A stretch of DNA of 64,000 nt from a virus: positions 1 through 64,000 of IMG/VR virus record IMGVR_UViG_3300045970_000046; one strand, written 5' to 3'. Shown here piece by piece: positions 7,947-16,992 of the stretch; position 1 is the first letter of the stretch; every line of letters starts with the position of its first letter. The position numbers and the translations under genes were made by a program. The notes under the pieces were generated by a model, which searched no databases, was not told the DNA's origin, and saw only the letters and a program-made list of their open reading frames with translations.

Positions 7947-8207
7947 ATGGATCTCTCTAAGGTGCGCCGTTACGGAAAGTATGGACCACTCTCCCTTATG
8001 AAAGCTAAGGGCTCCGAGTTAGTTGCAGGTGATGTTTTCTGTCACGGAAAAGAGATGGCCGTTGTTCTCCGTTCCTATCCTCTGGATCATATGAAGAAGC
8101 AGAACCTAACCCTCGAGGTTGGTGACCCAGAGGTAAGTCCACTTCACGCTATGGTTTCATCTACCGAAGACTTCATCATCTACCGGGCGGAGGGTAAAGA
8201 TGACTAA
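7947..8207 (+). CDS. hypothetical protein
   Basis: AAGGA RBS. Confidence 0.65.
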   Translation: MDLSKVRRYGKYGPLSLMKAKGSELVAGDVFCHGKEMAVVLRSYPLDHMKKQNLTLEVGDPEVSPLHAMVSSTEDFIIYRAEGKDD

Positions 8208-8598
8208 GCTGGTTAAGCACGAGTATATATTTGAGATGTGTTCCCCGGACGGAAAGGCCATTGAGTATACAATGGTTATCTCCTTCACTCCGGGGATACC
8301 CGCCAATATTACAGCCCGAATGGAAGACAGCTACCCGGCTGAGGGTGCGGAGCTTGATAGTGTAGAGGTCTACTATCGTAACTCTACGCCCTGTAAGGCC
8401 ACCACCCACGGTCCAGACCACACCGGTATCGGCGAAGGCGGCCTGTGTCCATTCTGTAAGGGTATGAAGTATATCAAGGTTAACGAGAGGCGTAAGGAGC
8501 TAGACGATATTCTTACAGACGAACAGCTCTATGCCATTATCGACGAGGTTGAACCCGAAGAGTCGGACGAGCCGGACCTCGAGCGCGACGATGACTGA
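8200..8598 (+). CDS. hypothetical protein
   Basis: GGAGG RBS; CPFC; acidic tail. Confidence 0.7.
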   Translation: MTKLVKHEYIFEMCSPDGKAIEYTMVISFTPGIPANITARMEDSYPAEGAELDSVEVYYRNSTPCKATTHGPDHTGIGEGGLCPFCKGMKYIKVNERRKELDDILTDEQLYAIIDEVEPEESDEPDLERDDD

Positions 8599-8815
8599 AA
8601 AGAAGCGGTCGATCCGTATAGAGCACGGTTGGATCCGATGTAGTTGTTCGGATAAGACCCCCGATCATGCTTCGGATAAAGAGCGGGCTCAGTCCGTTAA
8701 GTTCGAGCTCTTTGTTTCGTCCGATAGCCACAAATGGGCGGTCTGCCAGAATTGTAGCTACGAACACAAGTTGTCGTTCATCTTTAACGAAATGAACGAC
8801 TACACGGCGGACTAA
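8591..8815 (+). CDS. small zinc-finger protein
   Basis: CSC...CQNC; overlaps neighbours. Confidence 0.6.
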   Translation: MTEKKRSIRIEHGWIRCSCSDKTPDHASDKERAQSVKFELFVSSDSHKWAVCQNCSYEHKLSFIFNEMNDYTAD

Positions 8816-9258
8816 TGAGTTTCATCGGCCCCTGCATGTGTCGCGGAGTTGTTTCAGTCTGGGAAGACTGGAATAAAGAGTATCCGTGTTGCGAACAGGG
8901 CGTTATGCACTCTCCGGTAGGGTGTATCCGGCGTGATCTCTCTATAGGGCAACTAAGAGCGCTCTATAGAGAGATGTCCGGGTACATCTTCCCGGATAGC
9001 TCTAAAGCTGTTCTATTCCAGGCTGTAATGTCTCAGTTTAAGATAAATCCTGAAATAGCACAGAAATACCCTGTAGTCCTTACCCCCGTAGCCACCGTTT
9101 CTACCATTTTCAACGTAGAAGAAACCCCGCCTCTAAAACGAAAACGTGTAGGCGGTACGGTGGACGGGGTGGGATCAACCGTTACACCGGCGAAGTTACA
9201 AAAGAAGCCCGATGTCGTAGTAAATCCCGGTCCGATCAAACCTCCGTGGGTGAAATAA
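8815..9258 (+). CDS. hypothetical protein ending KPPWVK
   Basis: TAATG coupling. Confidence 0.7.
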   Translation: MSFIGPCMCRGVVSVWEDWNKEYPCCEQGVMHSPVGCIRRDLSIGQLRALYREMSGYIFPDSSKAVLFQAVMSQFKINPEIAQKYPVVLTPVATVSTIFNVEETPPLKRKRVGGTVDGVGSTVTPAKLQKKPDVVVNPGPIKPPWVK

Positions 9259-9470
9259 TGGCAGATCAGGTTTTAGTCGTAGAACCATATACAAGAAAGA
9301 TTCTGAATTTAGAGTCTATGGACAAGAAAGTCCTAAGGCAATACGCCAGAAAGGCTGACGCGAAATTTCCCGAACTGCAGAAGCAGGTACTGGACTTTCT
9401 AGGAACAGATATCGGTCCAGCCCCTATTGTGACCGGTGAACAGAACTTCAAGCCACCTTGGGTGAAATAA
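9258..9470 (+). CDS. hypothetical protein ending KPPWVK
   Basis: TAATG coupling. Confidence 0.7.
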   Translation: MADQVLVVEPYTRKILNLESMDKKVLRQYARKADAKFPELQKQVLDFLGTDIGPAPIVTGEQNFKPPWVK

Positions 9471-9673
9471 TGAAACTCGTCTATAAAGAAGAGCCTACTA
9501 GGGAAGTTAAGCTGGGTGACGCAGTTAAAGACTTCAGAGGTCATCCCGGTATTATCGAAAACGTCTATGCCCCAGGAACTTCCGGCGGTGGTCGCGGTGG
9601 TAAGATCAAGCTAAAGGACCGGGTAGGCCTGTTCTTCCCTAGTGTTATCGGAACGGAGTTTGTAGATGAGTGA
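9470..9673 (+). CDS. hypothetical small beta-barrel-like protein
   Basis: TAATG coupling. Confidence 0.65.
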   Translation: MKLVYKEEPTREVKLGDAVKDFRGHPGIIENVYAPGTSGGGRGGKIKLKDRVGLFFPSVIGTEFVDE

Positions 9674-9866
9674 TACCTATACCATTAAGAGGCTTTTTCA
9701 AGATTCAACTAAAGTAGCTGAAACTATCAAGACAGGTCTTACGCTAGAGGAGGCACAGAGACATTGTAACGATCCTGAAACGTCAAGCCGTACCTGTCGT
9801 AAGCGGGAAAATACTAGACGTACACAGCAGTTTGGAAAGTGGTTCGACGCTTACGTAGAGGAGTGA
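9666..9866 (+). CDS. hypothetical phage protein
   Basis: IKTGLTLEEAQxHCxDPETSS motif recurrent in phages. Confidence 0.75.
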   Translation: MSDTYTIKRLFQDSTKVAETIKTGLTLEEAQRHCNDPETSSRTCRKRENTRRTQQFGKWFDAYVEE

Positions 9867-9868
9867 TT

Positions 9869-10171
9869 ATGATTCAAAAGTGTCCGGAGACGCAGCCGTT
9901 TGTAGAGGATAAGGCTAGAGCCGATGACGAACCGGCTTGGTGGTCTTTATCCTATCCACCGCCACCTATCGGTACACCTGTTAAGATTACAGCATGGGAG
10001 ACTCTAGACGAAGGTACGTATCGAACGGGTACGGTTGTCGGATATACAATTAGTCATGGCTGGTTGATGATTAACGTTAGGCCTGATTCTAGGCCTCTTT
10101 GGCATCTTGTTCAAAATCCAGAGAGATCGATTTGTCTTTTTGCCGGAAGAGAGCTAGACTGGGTTCGTTAG
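9869..10171 (+). CDS. hypothetical protein
   Basis: GAGGAG RBS. Confidence 0.65.
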   Translation: MIQKCPETQPFVEDKARADDEPAWWSLSYPPPPIGTPVKITAWETLDEGTYRTGTVVGYTISHGWLMINVRPDSRPLWHLVQNPERSICLFAGRELDWVR

Positions 10172-10282
10172 ATGTTTATCATCCAGCTTATTGTCTGTAT
10201 CATGCTACTCCCTTTCGCCTTAGTGAAAGGTGCATGGGAGCTACACGTATATAATGAGTTAAAGCGAAGAGGAGAACTATGA
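10172..10282 (+). CDS. 36-aa single-TM protein (not in ORF track)
   Basis: MFIIQLIVCIMLLPFALVKG...; abuts previous stop, ATGA overlap with next gene. Confidence 0.5.
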   Translation: MFIIQLIVCIMLLPFALVKGAWELHVYNELKRRGEL

Positions 10283-10470
10283 CAGTAGAACAAAAAGCAT
10301 GGATTGATAAGTCGGCCTACGACGAACTCTTACAGAGGTGGAAGTTCGCCCCTCCCGGTGACCCAATGTTCATGGGAGACATTGGAAAATACTACATGAA
10401 GGTAATGGACGAGAAAAGGCATACCGATCCAGAAGGTGTAGCAAGGGCCCGTGCGAAGATGGGTGGCTAA
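10279..10470 (+). CDS. hypothetical protein
   Basis: GAGGAG RBS. Confidence 0.7.
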   Translation: MTVEQKAWIDKSAYDELLQRWKFAPPGDPMFMGDIGKYYMKVMDEKRHTDPEGVARARAKMGG

Positions 10471-10740
10471 ATGCGTACATTCACAAAAGATCAGTTAAAG
10501 GAAGCCTACGAGCAATATATTCATTTCTACCAGGACGGGATGTATGATACAAGTTCCCTGCTGGAAGATGTGGAATACGACCTTCCTAGCCTACGTAGTA
10601 ATCAGGAACTACTCAACCCGGAAGAGCAACACAGAGAGGAGATAGCCATTATTGAATGGAAGCTTAATTTTATGAAGGCTGTACTCGAAGATTTCATCGA
10701 GTGTACCTTCGAAGGTTTAAATGGGACCACGACTAAGTAG
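10471..10740 (+). CDS. hypothetical acidic protein
   Basis: abuts previous gene. Confidence 0.65.
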   Translation: MRTFTKDQLKEAYEQYIHFYQDGMYDTSSLLEDVEYDLPSLRSNQELLNPEEQHREEIAIIEWKLNFMKAVLEDFIECTFEGLNGTTTK

Positions 10741-10960
10741 CTACTGCCGTTGTGGATTCCAACGTACAGCCATCCACGAAATGGGTGAATGTCCGGCTCT
10801 ATTAGCGTACCTCGAAACTCTAAGGTCTGGAAAGAGAGAAAAACCATGCCAATCCCCGGTTACACCTTCGAAGATCCAAACGAACCAAAGCCCTCGAGCT
10901 GCTCCTGCGGTGGTAACTGTTCACGGGGAAAAGAAGTTCAAGCCCCCGTGGGAGAAGTAA
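10721..10960 (+). CDS. hypothetical protein ending FKPPWEK
   Basis: shares C-terminal motif with 8815 and 9258; overlaps next ORF. Confidence 0.5.
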   Translation: MGPRLSSYCRCGFQRTAIHEMGECPALLAYLETLRSGKREKPCQSPVTPSKIQTNQSPRAAPAVVTVHGEKKFKPPWEK

Positions 10961-11142
10961 GGCCAGAAGACGCGGTACATACCATCACGACTGTTGTTAA
11001 GTGGGCTAAGTGCACAGCGTGTGGTCAATCGGGTGTAGTCTGCTGTAGCGAGCGTTGTTCGGGTGAACAGGATAAGCCTGGAATGTCAGGTTGGTCTGTA
11101 GAGCCCTATTGTATCAAGTGCTGTGAACACAAATGGAGCTAA
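10846..11142 (+). CDS. Cys-rich hypothetical protein
   Basis: many Cys pairs; start uncertain. Confidence 0.5.
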   Translation: MPIPGYTFEDPNEPKPSSCSCGGNCSRGKEVQAPVGEVRPEDAVHTITTVVKWAKCTACGQSGVVCCSERCSGEQDKPGMSGWSVEPYCIKCCEHKWS

Positions 11143-11549
11143 CCATGGAAATCGTTCAGGATATTCCCCTAAGCCGTTTCGCAGATCTTCTCGTTTCTGC
11201 TTTTGAGGGAGGTTCGAACTACTGGTATAATATCGAGAGCTTTAAGAAGCCTGAGAAGTTCACAGAGTTGTGTGGTCACGAAACCGCGGAAGAGGCTGCG
11301 ATGTACAGGCATATGTCCTATGCCGTTAATCCCGGAGGTGCGATTGTTGTAAGTGATCGTGTCGGTTGTGAGGAGGGTGATACTGTCACAAAGGCCGAAC
11401 TTAATCTATCCGTTATCCGGGTAGGGGCCATACTCATGGCAAAGCAGTATCCTCTTCACTGGGCTAACTTTGTCAGTGGGAATGACGACGCGGAGACTGG
11501 GGATGTATTCCTGCAGTGCTGCGTATTTGGGAAGATTATCTATGGGTAA
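11133..11549 (+). CDS. hypothetical phage protein
   Basis: AFEGGSNYW...DAETGDVFLQ...FGKIIYG recurrent phage family. Confidence 0.8.
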   Translation: MELTMEIVQDIPLSRFADLLVSAFEGGSNYWYNIESFKKPEKFTELCGHETAEEAAMYRHMSYAVNPGGAIVVSDRVGCEEGDTVTKAELNLSVIRVGAILMAKQYPLHWANFVSGNDDAETGDVFLQCCVFGKIIYG

Positions 11550-11748
11550 ACGACAAGCGAAGATTAGGCACGAGAGGGTAGGCTTCTCCTGCGCGGACTG
11601 CGAAGGCCCCCTCGAACCATACTGGAATAATCAGGAAGGGCTAATGAAGATTAACCGAATGAATGAACCAGTCGAGGACAATGGGCGCTACACCTACTGC
11701 CCGCATTGTGGCCACAAAAATTGGTATCCGGTTCTCTTTGTGAGGTGA
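11542..11748 (+). CDS. zinc-ribbon protein
   Basis: CADC...CPHC. Confidence 0.65.
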   Translation: MGKRQAKIRHERVGFSCADCEGPLEPYWNNQEGLMKINRMNEPVEDNGRYTYCPHCGHKNWYPVLFVR

Positions 11749-11750
11749 TC

Positions 11751-11960
11751 ATGTTAGATTTAGAGTACGACGGTGAGAGTGTTAGACGTATAACCGATAC
11801 TAGTAATCCTAGAGTCGGATGGACCGAGTATCTTTGCCCGACCTGTAAGAAATGGAATGAATCCGATGATGTAATTTGGTACGACGAGACAATCGACGCC
11901 TACGTAATGGATACAGCTAACGCGAGGCCTTACTGTCAGGGTTGTGAACCCTCCGAATAA
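11751..11960 (+). CDS. zinc-ribbon protein
   Basis: CPTC...CQGC; GAGG RBS. Confidence 0.65.
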   Translation: MLDLEYDGESVRRITDTSNPRVGWTEYLCPTCKKWNESDDVIWYDETIDAYVMDTANARPYCQGCEPSE

Positions 11961-11978
11961 GTGAAAGGTTAGACTCCT

Positions 11979-12224
11979 ATGAATCCTCCTGATACGGAAA
12001 CTAAAGCCGAAGAGCTTGTGGGTACAAACATCCCAGAGTTCTTCGCCGCTGTAAGAGAGGCTGTTTCGCTAGCCCACGGCTACTACTGGAAGCCGATGAC
12101 GATCTGGCGTAGTAGGTCGAATAAGCGGCGCTTCGTAGTGGTTAGAAAAGACTACGTAAATGTGGATAAGACGGAGTGGGAACGTATCACTACTATCACT
12201 CCACATGGAGGATTTTCTCGATGA
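11979..12224 (+). CDS. hypothetical protein
   Basis: ORF, AAAGG RBS. Confidence 0.65.
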   Translation: MNPPDTETKAEELVGTNIPEFFAAVREAVSLAHGYYWKPMTIWRSRSNKRRFVVVRKDYVNVDKTEWERITTITPHGGFSR

Positions 12225-12445
12225 GTTACCATCGGTTCAGATCTTCCGAAGGGGATGAGTATGGATCCTTCGAAGTCTTCTATGAAGATGGTTCGAACTC
12301 CGACTTTAGAGATGAGGAAGATCAGGCCCTACCTCCCGGCTGGTATTGGTGGCCGTGTTCTGTAGGATGTATGCCAGAATCTATGGCCTTCGGACCATTT
12401 GATTCAGAAGAACTAGCCCTAAACGATGCTCATAAGGATACCTAA
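12221..12445 (+). CDS. hypothetical acidic protein
   Basis: GWYWW..GCMP...GPF motif; ATGA coupling. Confidence 0.7.
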   Translation: MSYHRFRSSEGDEYGSFEVFYEDGSNSDFRDEEDQALPPGWYWWPCSVGCMPESMAFGPFDSEELALNDAHKDT

Positions 12446-12696
12446 TGCCTATCCGTCCAAGGTATGTTAAGAATCCAAAGAAACTGTTTACCGGCTCGTG
12501 CCATGCAGCCTTAGTCGAACTAAATATAGCTCTTAATAAGAGTAGCTACAATAACCCCATCAACGAACCGGAGATACGTAAAGTCCTCAAGGCGACATTT
12601 GGTTCAGAAGCCAAGGGGTTTGGTACTATCGTAGCTCTTCGTAACGCCCTACACGCCCTAGAGAAGGAACTTGTCAATGAACGACTTAAGTGGTAA
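12445..12696 (+). CDS. hypothetical protein
   Basis: TAATG coupling. Confidence 0.65.
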   Translation: MPIRPRYVKNPKKLFTGSCHAALVELNIALNKSSYNNPINEPEIRKVLKATFGSEAKGFGTIVALRNALHALEKELVNERLKW

Positions 12697-12949
12697 GGAC
12701 GCAGCTTACGCTCTAGAGAATTTTATCAATAAGGCGTCTAAGGAAGACCTGGAAGAATTTACGTTATATATCGTAGATACTATGCACCGCACTCTTCAAC
12801 AGAAATTGATGAGGGTGCTTGTAGTCTTAATTCGTCGCTGGGGTAAGATGCCGCCGGGTGGGTATGACCTTAGAAACGAATCGACTATTAAGCTTTGCCA
12901 GCGTCTTACCCTAACCTTAGCCGAGTCTAGCTATCTACCGTTTATCTAG
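12677..12949 (+). CDS. hypothetical protein
   Basis: HRTLQQ motif; AAGGA RBS. Confidence 0.7.
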   Translation: MNDLSGKDAAYALENFINKASKEDLEEFTLYIVDTMHRTLQQKLMRVLVVLIRRWGKMPPGGYDLRNESTIKLCQRLTLTLAESSYLPFI

Positions 12950-12957
12950 GAGATATC

Positions 12958-13161
12958 ATGAGTGTTATTCCGAAAAAGGTTTCGAAGGACGATCAGCTTG
13001 AAATGAATCAGATTACGGCTCGTATCCGTAAGCTGGTTAAGAAGCTTAAGGCGGAGGCTTACACGGGTGAGTTGAGTAAGGATGGAAAGTTTAGTGGAAA
13101 GATTAGATGGGCTACGCCGGTCATCACAGCTCAAGCCCTACCGGAAGTAGAGGACGATTAA
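12958..13161 (+). CDS. hypothetical protein
   Basis: AGGAG RBS. Confidence 0.65.
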   Translation: MSVIPKKVSKDDQLEMNQITARIRKLVKKLKAEAYTGELSKDGKFSGKIRWATPVITAQALPEVEDD

Positions 13162-13562
13162 TGCGTTGCCCTGACTGTAACAAGTTCGTTTCAATGGATC
13201 TGGCGGATCCAGAAGTCGACGAATTTGAATTTAGTGTTGATGAGAAAGGTGTCCACATTGGTTGCGCGGTCCGTATCGTCCGGGTATGCTCCGACTGTGG
13301 CGTCGAGATGAAAGAAGCCAACGAGGAGGAGGGTATAGACCTCACTTGGGCGGATATGAAGTTACCCGGTAAGCCCGAGGGTGAGGAAGAAATCACCATC
13401 GAAGAGGATAGTGTAGACCAACTCGAGGAAAGTGGGGGTCGCTTCAAGAAGTCGTACTTTGGAGCAACCGTCAACTATAGCATCAAGCACGGTGACACGG
13501 TACTTCACACCGGGCAAATCGAGCTAAAGGTAGCTGCTGGGGATATGGAAGAAATCGGTTAA
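13161..13562 (+). CDS. acidic zinc-binding hypothetical protein
   Basis: CPDC...CSDC; TAATG coupling. Confidence 0.7.
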   Translation: MRCPDCNKFVSMDLADPEVDEFEFSVDEKGVHIGCAVRIVRVCSDCGVEMKEANEEEGIDLTWADMKLPGKPEGEEEITIEEDSVDQLEESGGRFKKSYFGATVNYSIKHGDTVLHTGQIELKVAAGDMEEIG

Positions 13563-13606
13563 AGAAAGCGGAGTTGGCACGAGTTGCACGCCAACTCCGC
13601 TTTTTT
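13561..13606. terminator. bidirectional terminator between convergent operons
   Basis: AAAGCGGAGTTGGC/GCCAACTCCGCTTT with A- and T-rich flanks. Confidence 0.85.
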
Positions 13607-13640
13607 AATGCCCACAATTTCCGGCTGAATGCAAGCTTTG

Positions 13641-13868
13641 CTAGAACGGGACGATAACCATCCAGTGCTCGCAGGCGTGTACAAGCACATCGGGTGGCGG
13701 TACTACATTGAATTTGTGACACTTTTGTATCTTCATCTCTTGCCGTTCACAGCTATTATCTCCCCAATGTTCGCAATTTAGACAGCACTTCCAGTACGAG
13801 GTCTTAACCAAACCCTGCTGGAGTACACGCTGGAGATCGTTTATAGTAGAATTAGCTTTCAAACTCAT
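13641..13868 (-). CDS. small Cys-rich protein downstream of helicase
   Basis: CLNC...C...C...C. Confidence 0.7.
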   Translation of the reverse strand: MSLKANSTINDLQRVLQQGLVKTSYWKCCLNCEHWGDNSCERQEMKIQKCHKFNVVPPPDVLVHACEHWMVIVPF

Positions 13869-15621
13869 GGCCGGTTATCTCCGGATGGGGCCTATTTGTA
13901 TGGATAAGAATCGAACTGGGTATGTTTATCTCACCATGACGACTAATAGCTTCTTCAACTGTCTCCGGGATACGTAACCCGTGTTTGACGTTAGGATCTT
14001 CTATACTGACCCCAGCCTGTAACTGTCCATGAGCCCATGTATAGGCCTTAGACATCTTCTTCCACCACTCCCTCGCCTTACGGCCCGGGAACCCTTCGTG
14101 TTCTAGACAAATCCATTCGTCAAAAGTACGTAATCCACAAAGATATGTCACACGTAGGACAGGGGGCCGATCTTCGATCGGAACCATCCCACCAGAATCC
14201 TTATCGAACCGCTGCTTACGATGTTCCCGGAATGTAACCCGGGATACCTTCATCTTTTCGATCTTTGGAACATTCGTTTTAATGAGTTCATCAGTCGACG
14301 CAGTTTGCTGGAGTTTGACATGGATAGGGAACTCGACACGGCAATAGACACAGAATCTGACACTGGCGTGATTGTAGCATCCGCATGCTTCACATAGCTT
14401 GACAGGGGCAGCCCCACCGCCTCCGGCTCCTTTAGGTCTTGGTAGGACGGGGTCGTTGATTGGACCAAGTCGCCTAGTGTTCCCGGCGAAGTCCAAGACG
14501 AGGCAGTTCTTTTTAGGTCCGGCTTGCTGCGCGCCAATTCTTCCTGTAGCTGTTTCGAGATCGAATCCTTCGGCATATACGGGCCTCGTTCCTCTGCCGA
14601 GCATCTGCACCCACAAACCGGGTGAATTAGTCGGCCGTAGCATTACGATTAGATCGATTTCGGGAAAATCGAAACCTGTCGTTAAGATACCATTATTGAC
14701 CATAGCCTTGTATCTACCAGCCTTAAAATCAGCTATGTTCTTATCCCGTTCCTTATCTGGCATCTTAGAATGTACACACGTCGCTGTAATTCCAAGTTCG
14801 TTAAGAGCGTCAGTGATATGAAGTACGTGGTTGATACCCGAACCAAAGACCAACCAATGTTCGCGGTCAGTGGCGAGTTCTACCGCTTCCCGTAGCGTAG
14901 CACTTGTAATCTCGTTTTTATCAACGGCTTCTTGTAGGTCCGACTGTACGTACTCCCCACCTTGGATCCTCACCCCTTCGACGGGTAATTCAGTGGATGT
15001 ACGCTTAGGTATTAGGGGACTAAGGTACCCTTCTGTGAGTAACCAGTTAAAGGAATCTAGTCTAGTAAGGTCGAAACATAGACCATCGAAAATACCTTCG
15101 CCTTCAGTTAACAAACCCTGACCAACACGATAATGCGTCGCGGTAAAACCTACGACTCGTAGATAAGGATTAATATCTTTAAGGTCGCCCAAAAAGCTCT
15201 GGTACATAGTACCCTGCTTCGGCGACAGTAGGTGGGCTTCATCGATGAGTACAATATCTATATGACCAAAGATACGGGCCTGTTTATAGACCGACGCTAT
15301 ACCCGCGAACGTTACAGGAAAACAAGCTTGTTTCTTACCTAAACCAGCTGAGTAGATACCAGCGGGGGCGTTAGGCCAAATCTTACGAAGAGTCTTATGG
15401 TTCTGTGCGATTAGTTCTTTAACGTGAGTTAACTTAATGATACGCTGACCCGGATAGGTTGTATAGGCCCGACGTATGAACTCACTTAAGACTAATGATT
15501 TACCTGTACCGGTAGGCATCCCAACAAGCGGATTTCCACCCGGTCGACCATCCTTACCCCCGTGGGCGAAGTAATCGAAGATAGACTGTACCGCGGCGTT
15601 TTGATAATCTCTAAGTTTCAT
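13852..15621 (-). CDS. SF2 DNA helicase (RadD/YejH-like) with zinc finger
   Basis: PTGTGKS, DEAH, TAT, LTTGFD, QMLGRGTR, CEAC...CVYC. Confidence 0.92.
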   Translation of the reverse strand: MKLRDYQNAAVQSIFDYFAHGGKDGRPGGNPLVGMPTGTGKSLVLSEFIRRAYTTYPGQRIIKLTHVKELIAQNHKTLRKIWPNAPAGIYSAGLGKKQACFPVTFAGIASVYKQARIFGHIDIVLIDEAHLLSPKQGTMYQSFLGDLKDINPYLRVVGFTATHYRVGQGLLTEGEGIFDGLCFDLTRLDSFNWLLTEGYLSPLIPKRTSTELPVEGVRIQGGEYVQSDLQEAVDKNEITSATLREAVELATDREHWLVFGSGINHVLHITDALNELGITATCVHSKMPDKERDKNIADFKAGRYKAMVNNGILTTGFDFPEIDLIVMLRPTNSPGLWVQMLGRGTRPVYAEGFDLETATGRIGAQQAGPKKNCLVLDFAGNTRRLGPINDPVLPRPKGAGGGGAAPVKLCEACGCYNHASVRFCVYCRVEFPIHVKLQQTASTDELIKTNVPKIEKMKVSRVTFREHRKQRFDKDSGGMVPIEDRPPVLRVTYLCGLRTFDEWICLEHEGFPGRKAREWWKKMSKAYTWAHGQLQAGVSIEDPNVKHGLRIPETVEEAISRHGEINIPSSILIHTNRPHPEITGHEFES

Positions 15622-15623
15622 AG

Positions 15624-16535
15624 TTACATCGGAATACCGATATAATCAGGGCAACCTTTAAGCTGGTCGGACTTAGTTAGAACGTTCTTATACAGTGAAC
15701 AGGTCCACGTACCTCCACCGGTAGGAGACGAATACTGACACGTCCTACAATTCATCTGAGGCTTCTCGTTGTAGTGACACACCTTCTGAAAGTCGCAGAA
15801 GCGACACTTCCACCAGCCCGGACTATCGCTAACCTTGGGCGGGGCCTCTGTGGCCAATACGACCAACTGTGCGCGCTGACGATATTTATCTACCTGCTCT
15901 TTTTCGTAATAGATTATCTCACCGTATAGCTCATCGTCGTTCTTGTTTACGGCGAGGTATAGGGCAGCGGGTAGCTTATATCCATCCATGTATAACTGCA
16001 TCTGGATGAAATGTTCATACTTAGAAGAACGAACCCCCTCTTTGACTAACTTCGTAAAGGATTTATCGCCATGTGTCTTAAACTCACCCAGTATGGCCAC
16101 ATTGGGGTCGAAGTCTGGGCACCCGCGTAAGACGGCGTCGAGAGAACCACCGAAGTGTCCGTCCGCCCCAGTGATTCTGAATTGGTTACCCTTTTCGTCA
16201 TGTTGCCATACCTTACAACCAATCATCCTTAGTAGGGCGACAAACCTCGGTTCCTCGAGGTGTCCGCGGTTGAAGAGGCGTAGTAGTCTCCCGTGAGCAC
16301 GTTTGGTGGTTGCCCATCTAAAGATGTACCAAAGCTCTCGGACACAGTCCCGACCTATCTGGGACGCCCCGAGGTGTGTACGCTCGGAGTTAGTTTCTTG
16401 CCTATAAGCGTCTTCCGCGAGGGGCATAGCCTCCCGTAGATAGTTCCTATAGAGGTTACCTTGATCTTGCTCTAGTAGGGCGTTTATACGAGCAATCGTA
16501 TTAACCGCTAATCTAGGCTTTGTAAGAGTAAACAT
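15624..16535 (-). CDS. Cas4-like PD-(D/E)XK exonuclease
   Basis: LGASQIG..C, GSLD, EFKT, QMQLY, C-terminal Cys cluster. Confidence 0.85.
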   Translation of the reverse strand: MFTLTKPRLAVNTIARINALLEQDQGNLYRNYLREAMPLAEDAYRQETNSERTHLGASQIGRDCVRELWYIFRWATTKRAHGRLLRLFNRGHLEEPRFVALLRMIGCKVWQHDEKGNQFRITGADGHFGGSLDAVLRGCPDFDPNVAILGEFKTHGDKSFTKLVKEGVRSSKYEHFIQMQLYMDGYKLPAALYLAVNKNDDELYGEIIYYEKEQVDKYRQRAQLVVLATEAPPKVSDSPGWWKCRFCDFQKVCHYNEKPQMNCRTCQYSSPTGGGTWTCSLYKNVLTKSDQLKGCPDYIGIPM

Positions 16536-16921
16536 TAAGCCGCCAGTACCCGAATAACCTCAGCCATAGTTTCTACATGAGTTAAGGGTAGGTGGTAGAA
16601 GATATTCTTCATATGTCCGGTAATATCACGGGCACCTACGATAATGACAGGAATACCATATCCAAGGGCTGCACCAAATTCAGTTGCCATACCACGACCC
16701 CTATCGTCGTGAAGTACAATTACGACCTCGGCGGTACGCACACCGTTCAGGTCTTTACGGGCAGCGTTAGCTAGATATAACGTTAGTTCGTTACCGGTAC
16801 GATCTCCCGCGTCTTCGGGGGTCCAATCCATTGTAATAGTATGACCAGCCTTCTGTAGGAGGAACATAGCGCTACGGACTTGGTCTTTATTATGGAAGCT
16901 GGACGCTACGTAGACGCGCAT
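16535..16921 (-). CDS. nucleoside 2-deoxyribosyltransferase-family protein
   Basis: VYVASSF, DLNGV..AEVV, GMATEFGAA...GIPV. Confidence 0.8.
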   Translation of the reverse strand: MRVYVASSFHNKDQVRSAMFLLQKAGHTITMDWTPEDAGDRTGNELTLYLANAARKDLNGVRTAEVVIVLHDDRGRGMATEFGAALGYGIPVIIVGARDITGHMKNIFYHLPLTHVETMAEVIRVLAA

Positions 16922-16936
16922 TTATAACTCCGGATG

Positions 16937-16970
16937 AAAAGGGGTGGGACCAAGAATCGATCCCACCCCT
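16937..16970 (-). terminator. intrinsic terminator after SSB
   Basis: AGGGGTGGGA/TCCCACCCCT plus T tract on - strand. Confidence 0.7.
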
Positions 16971-16992
16971 CTATTTACTATTTGATTAACGA

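Noticed and set aside
15624-16535. CRISPR-Cas locus
   Set aside because: Solo Cas4-like nuclease in a replication module; no repeat-spacer array seen
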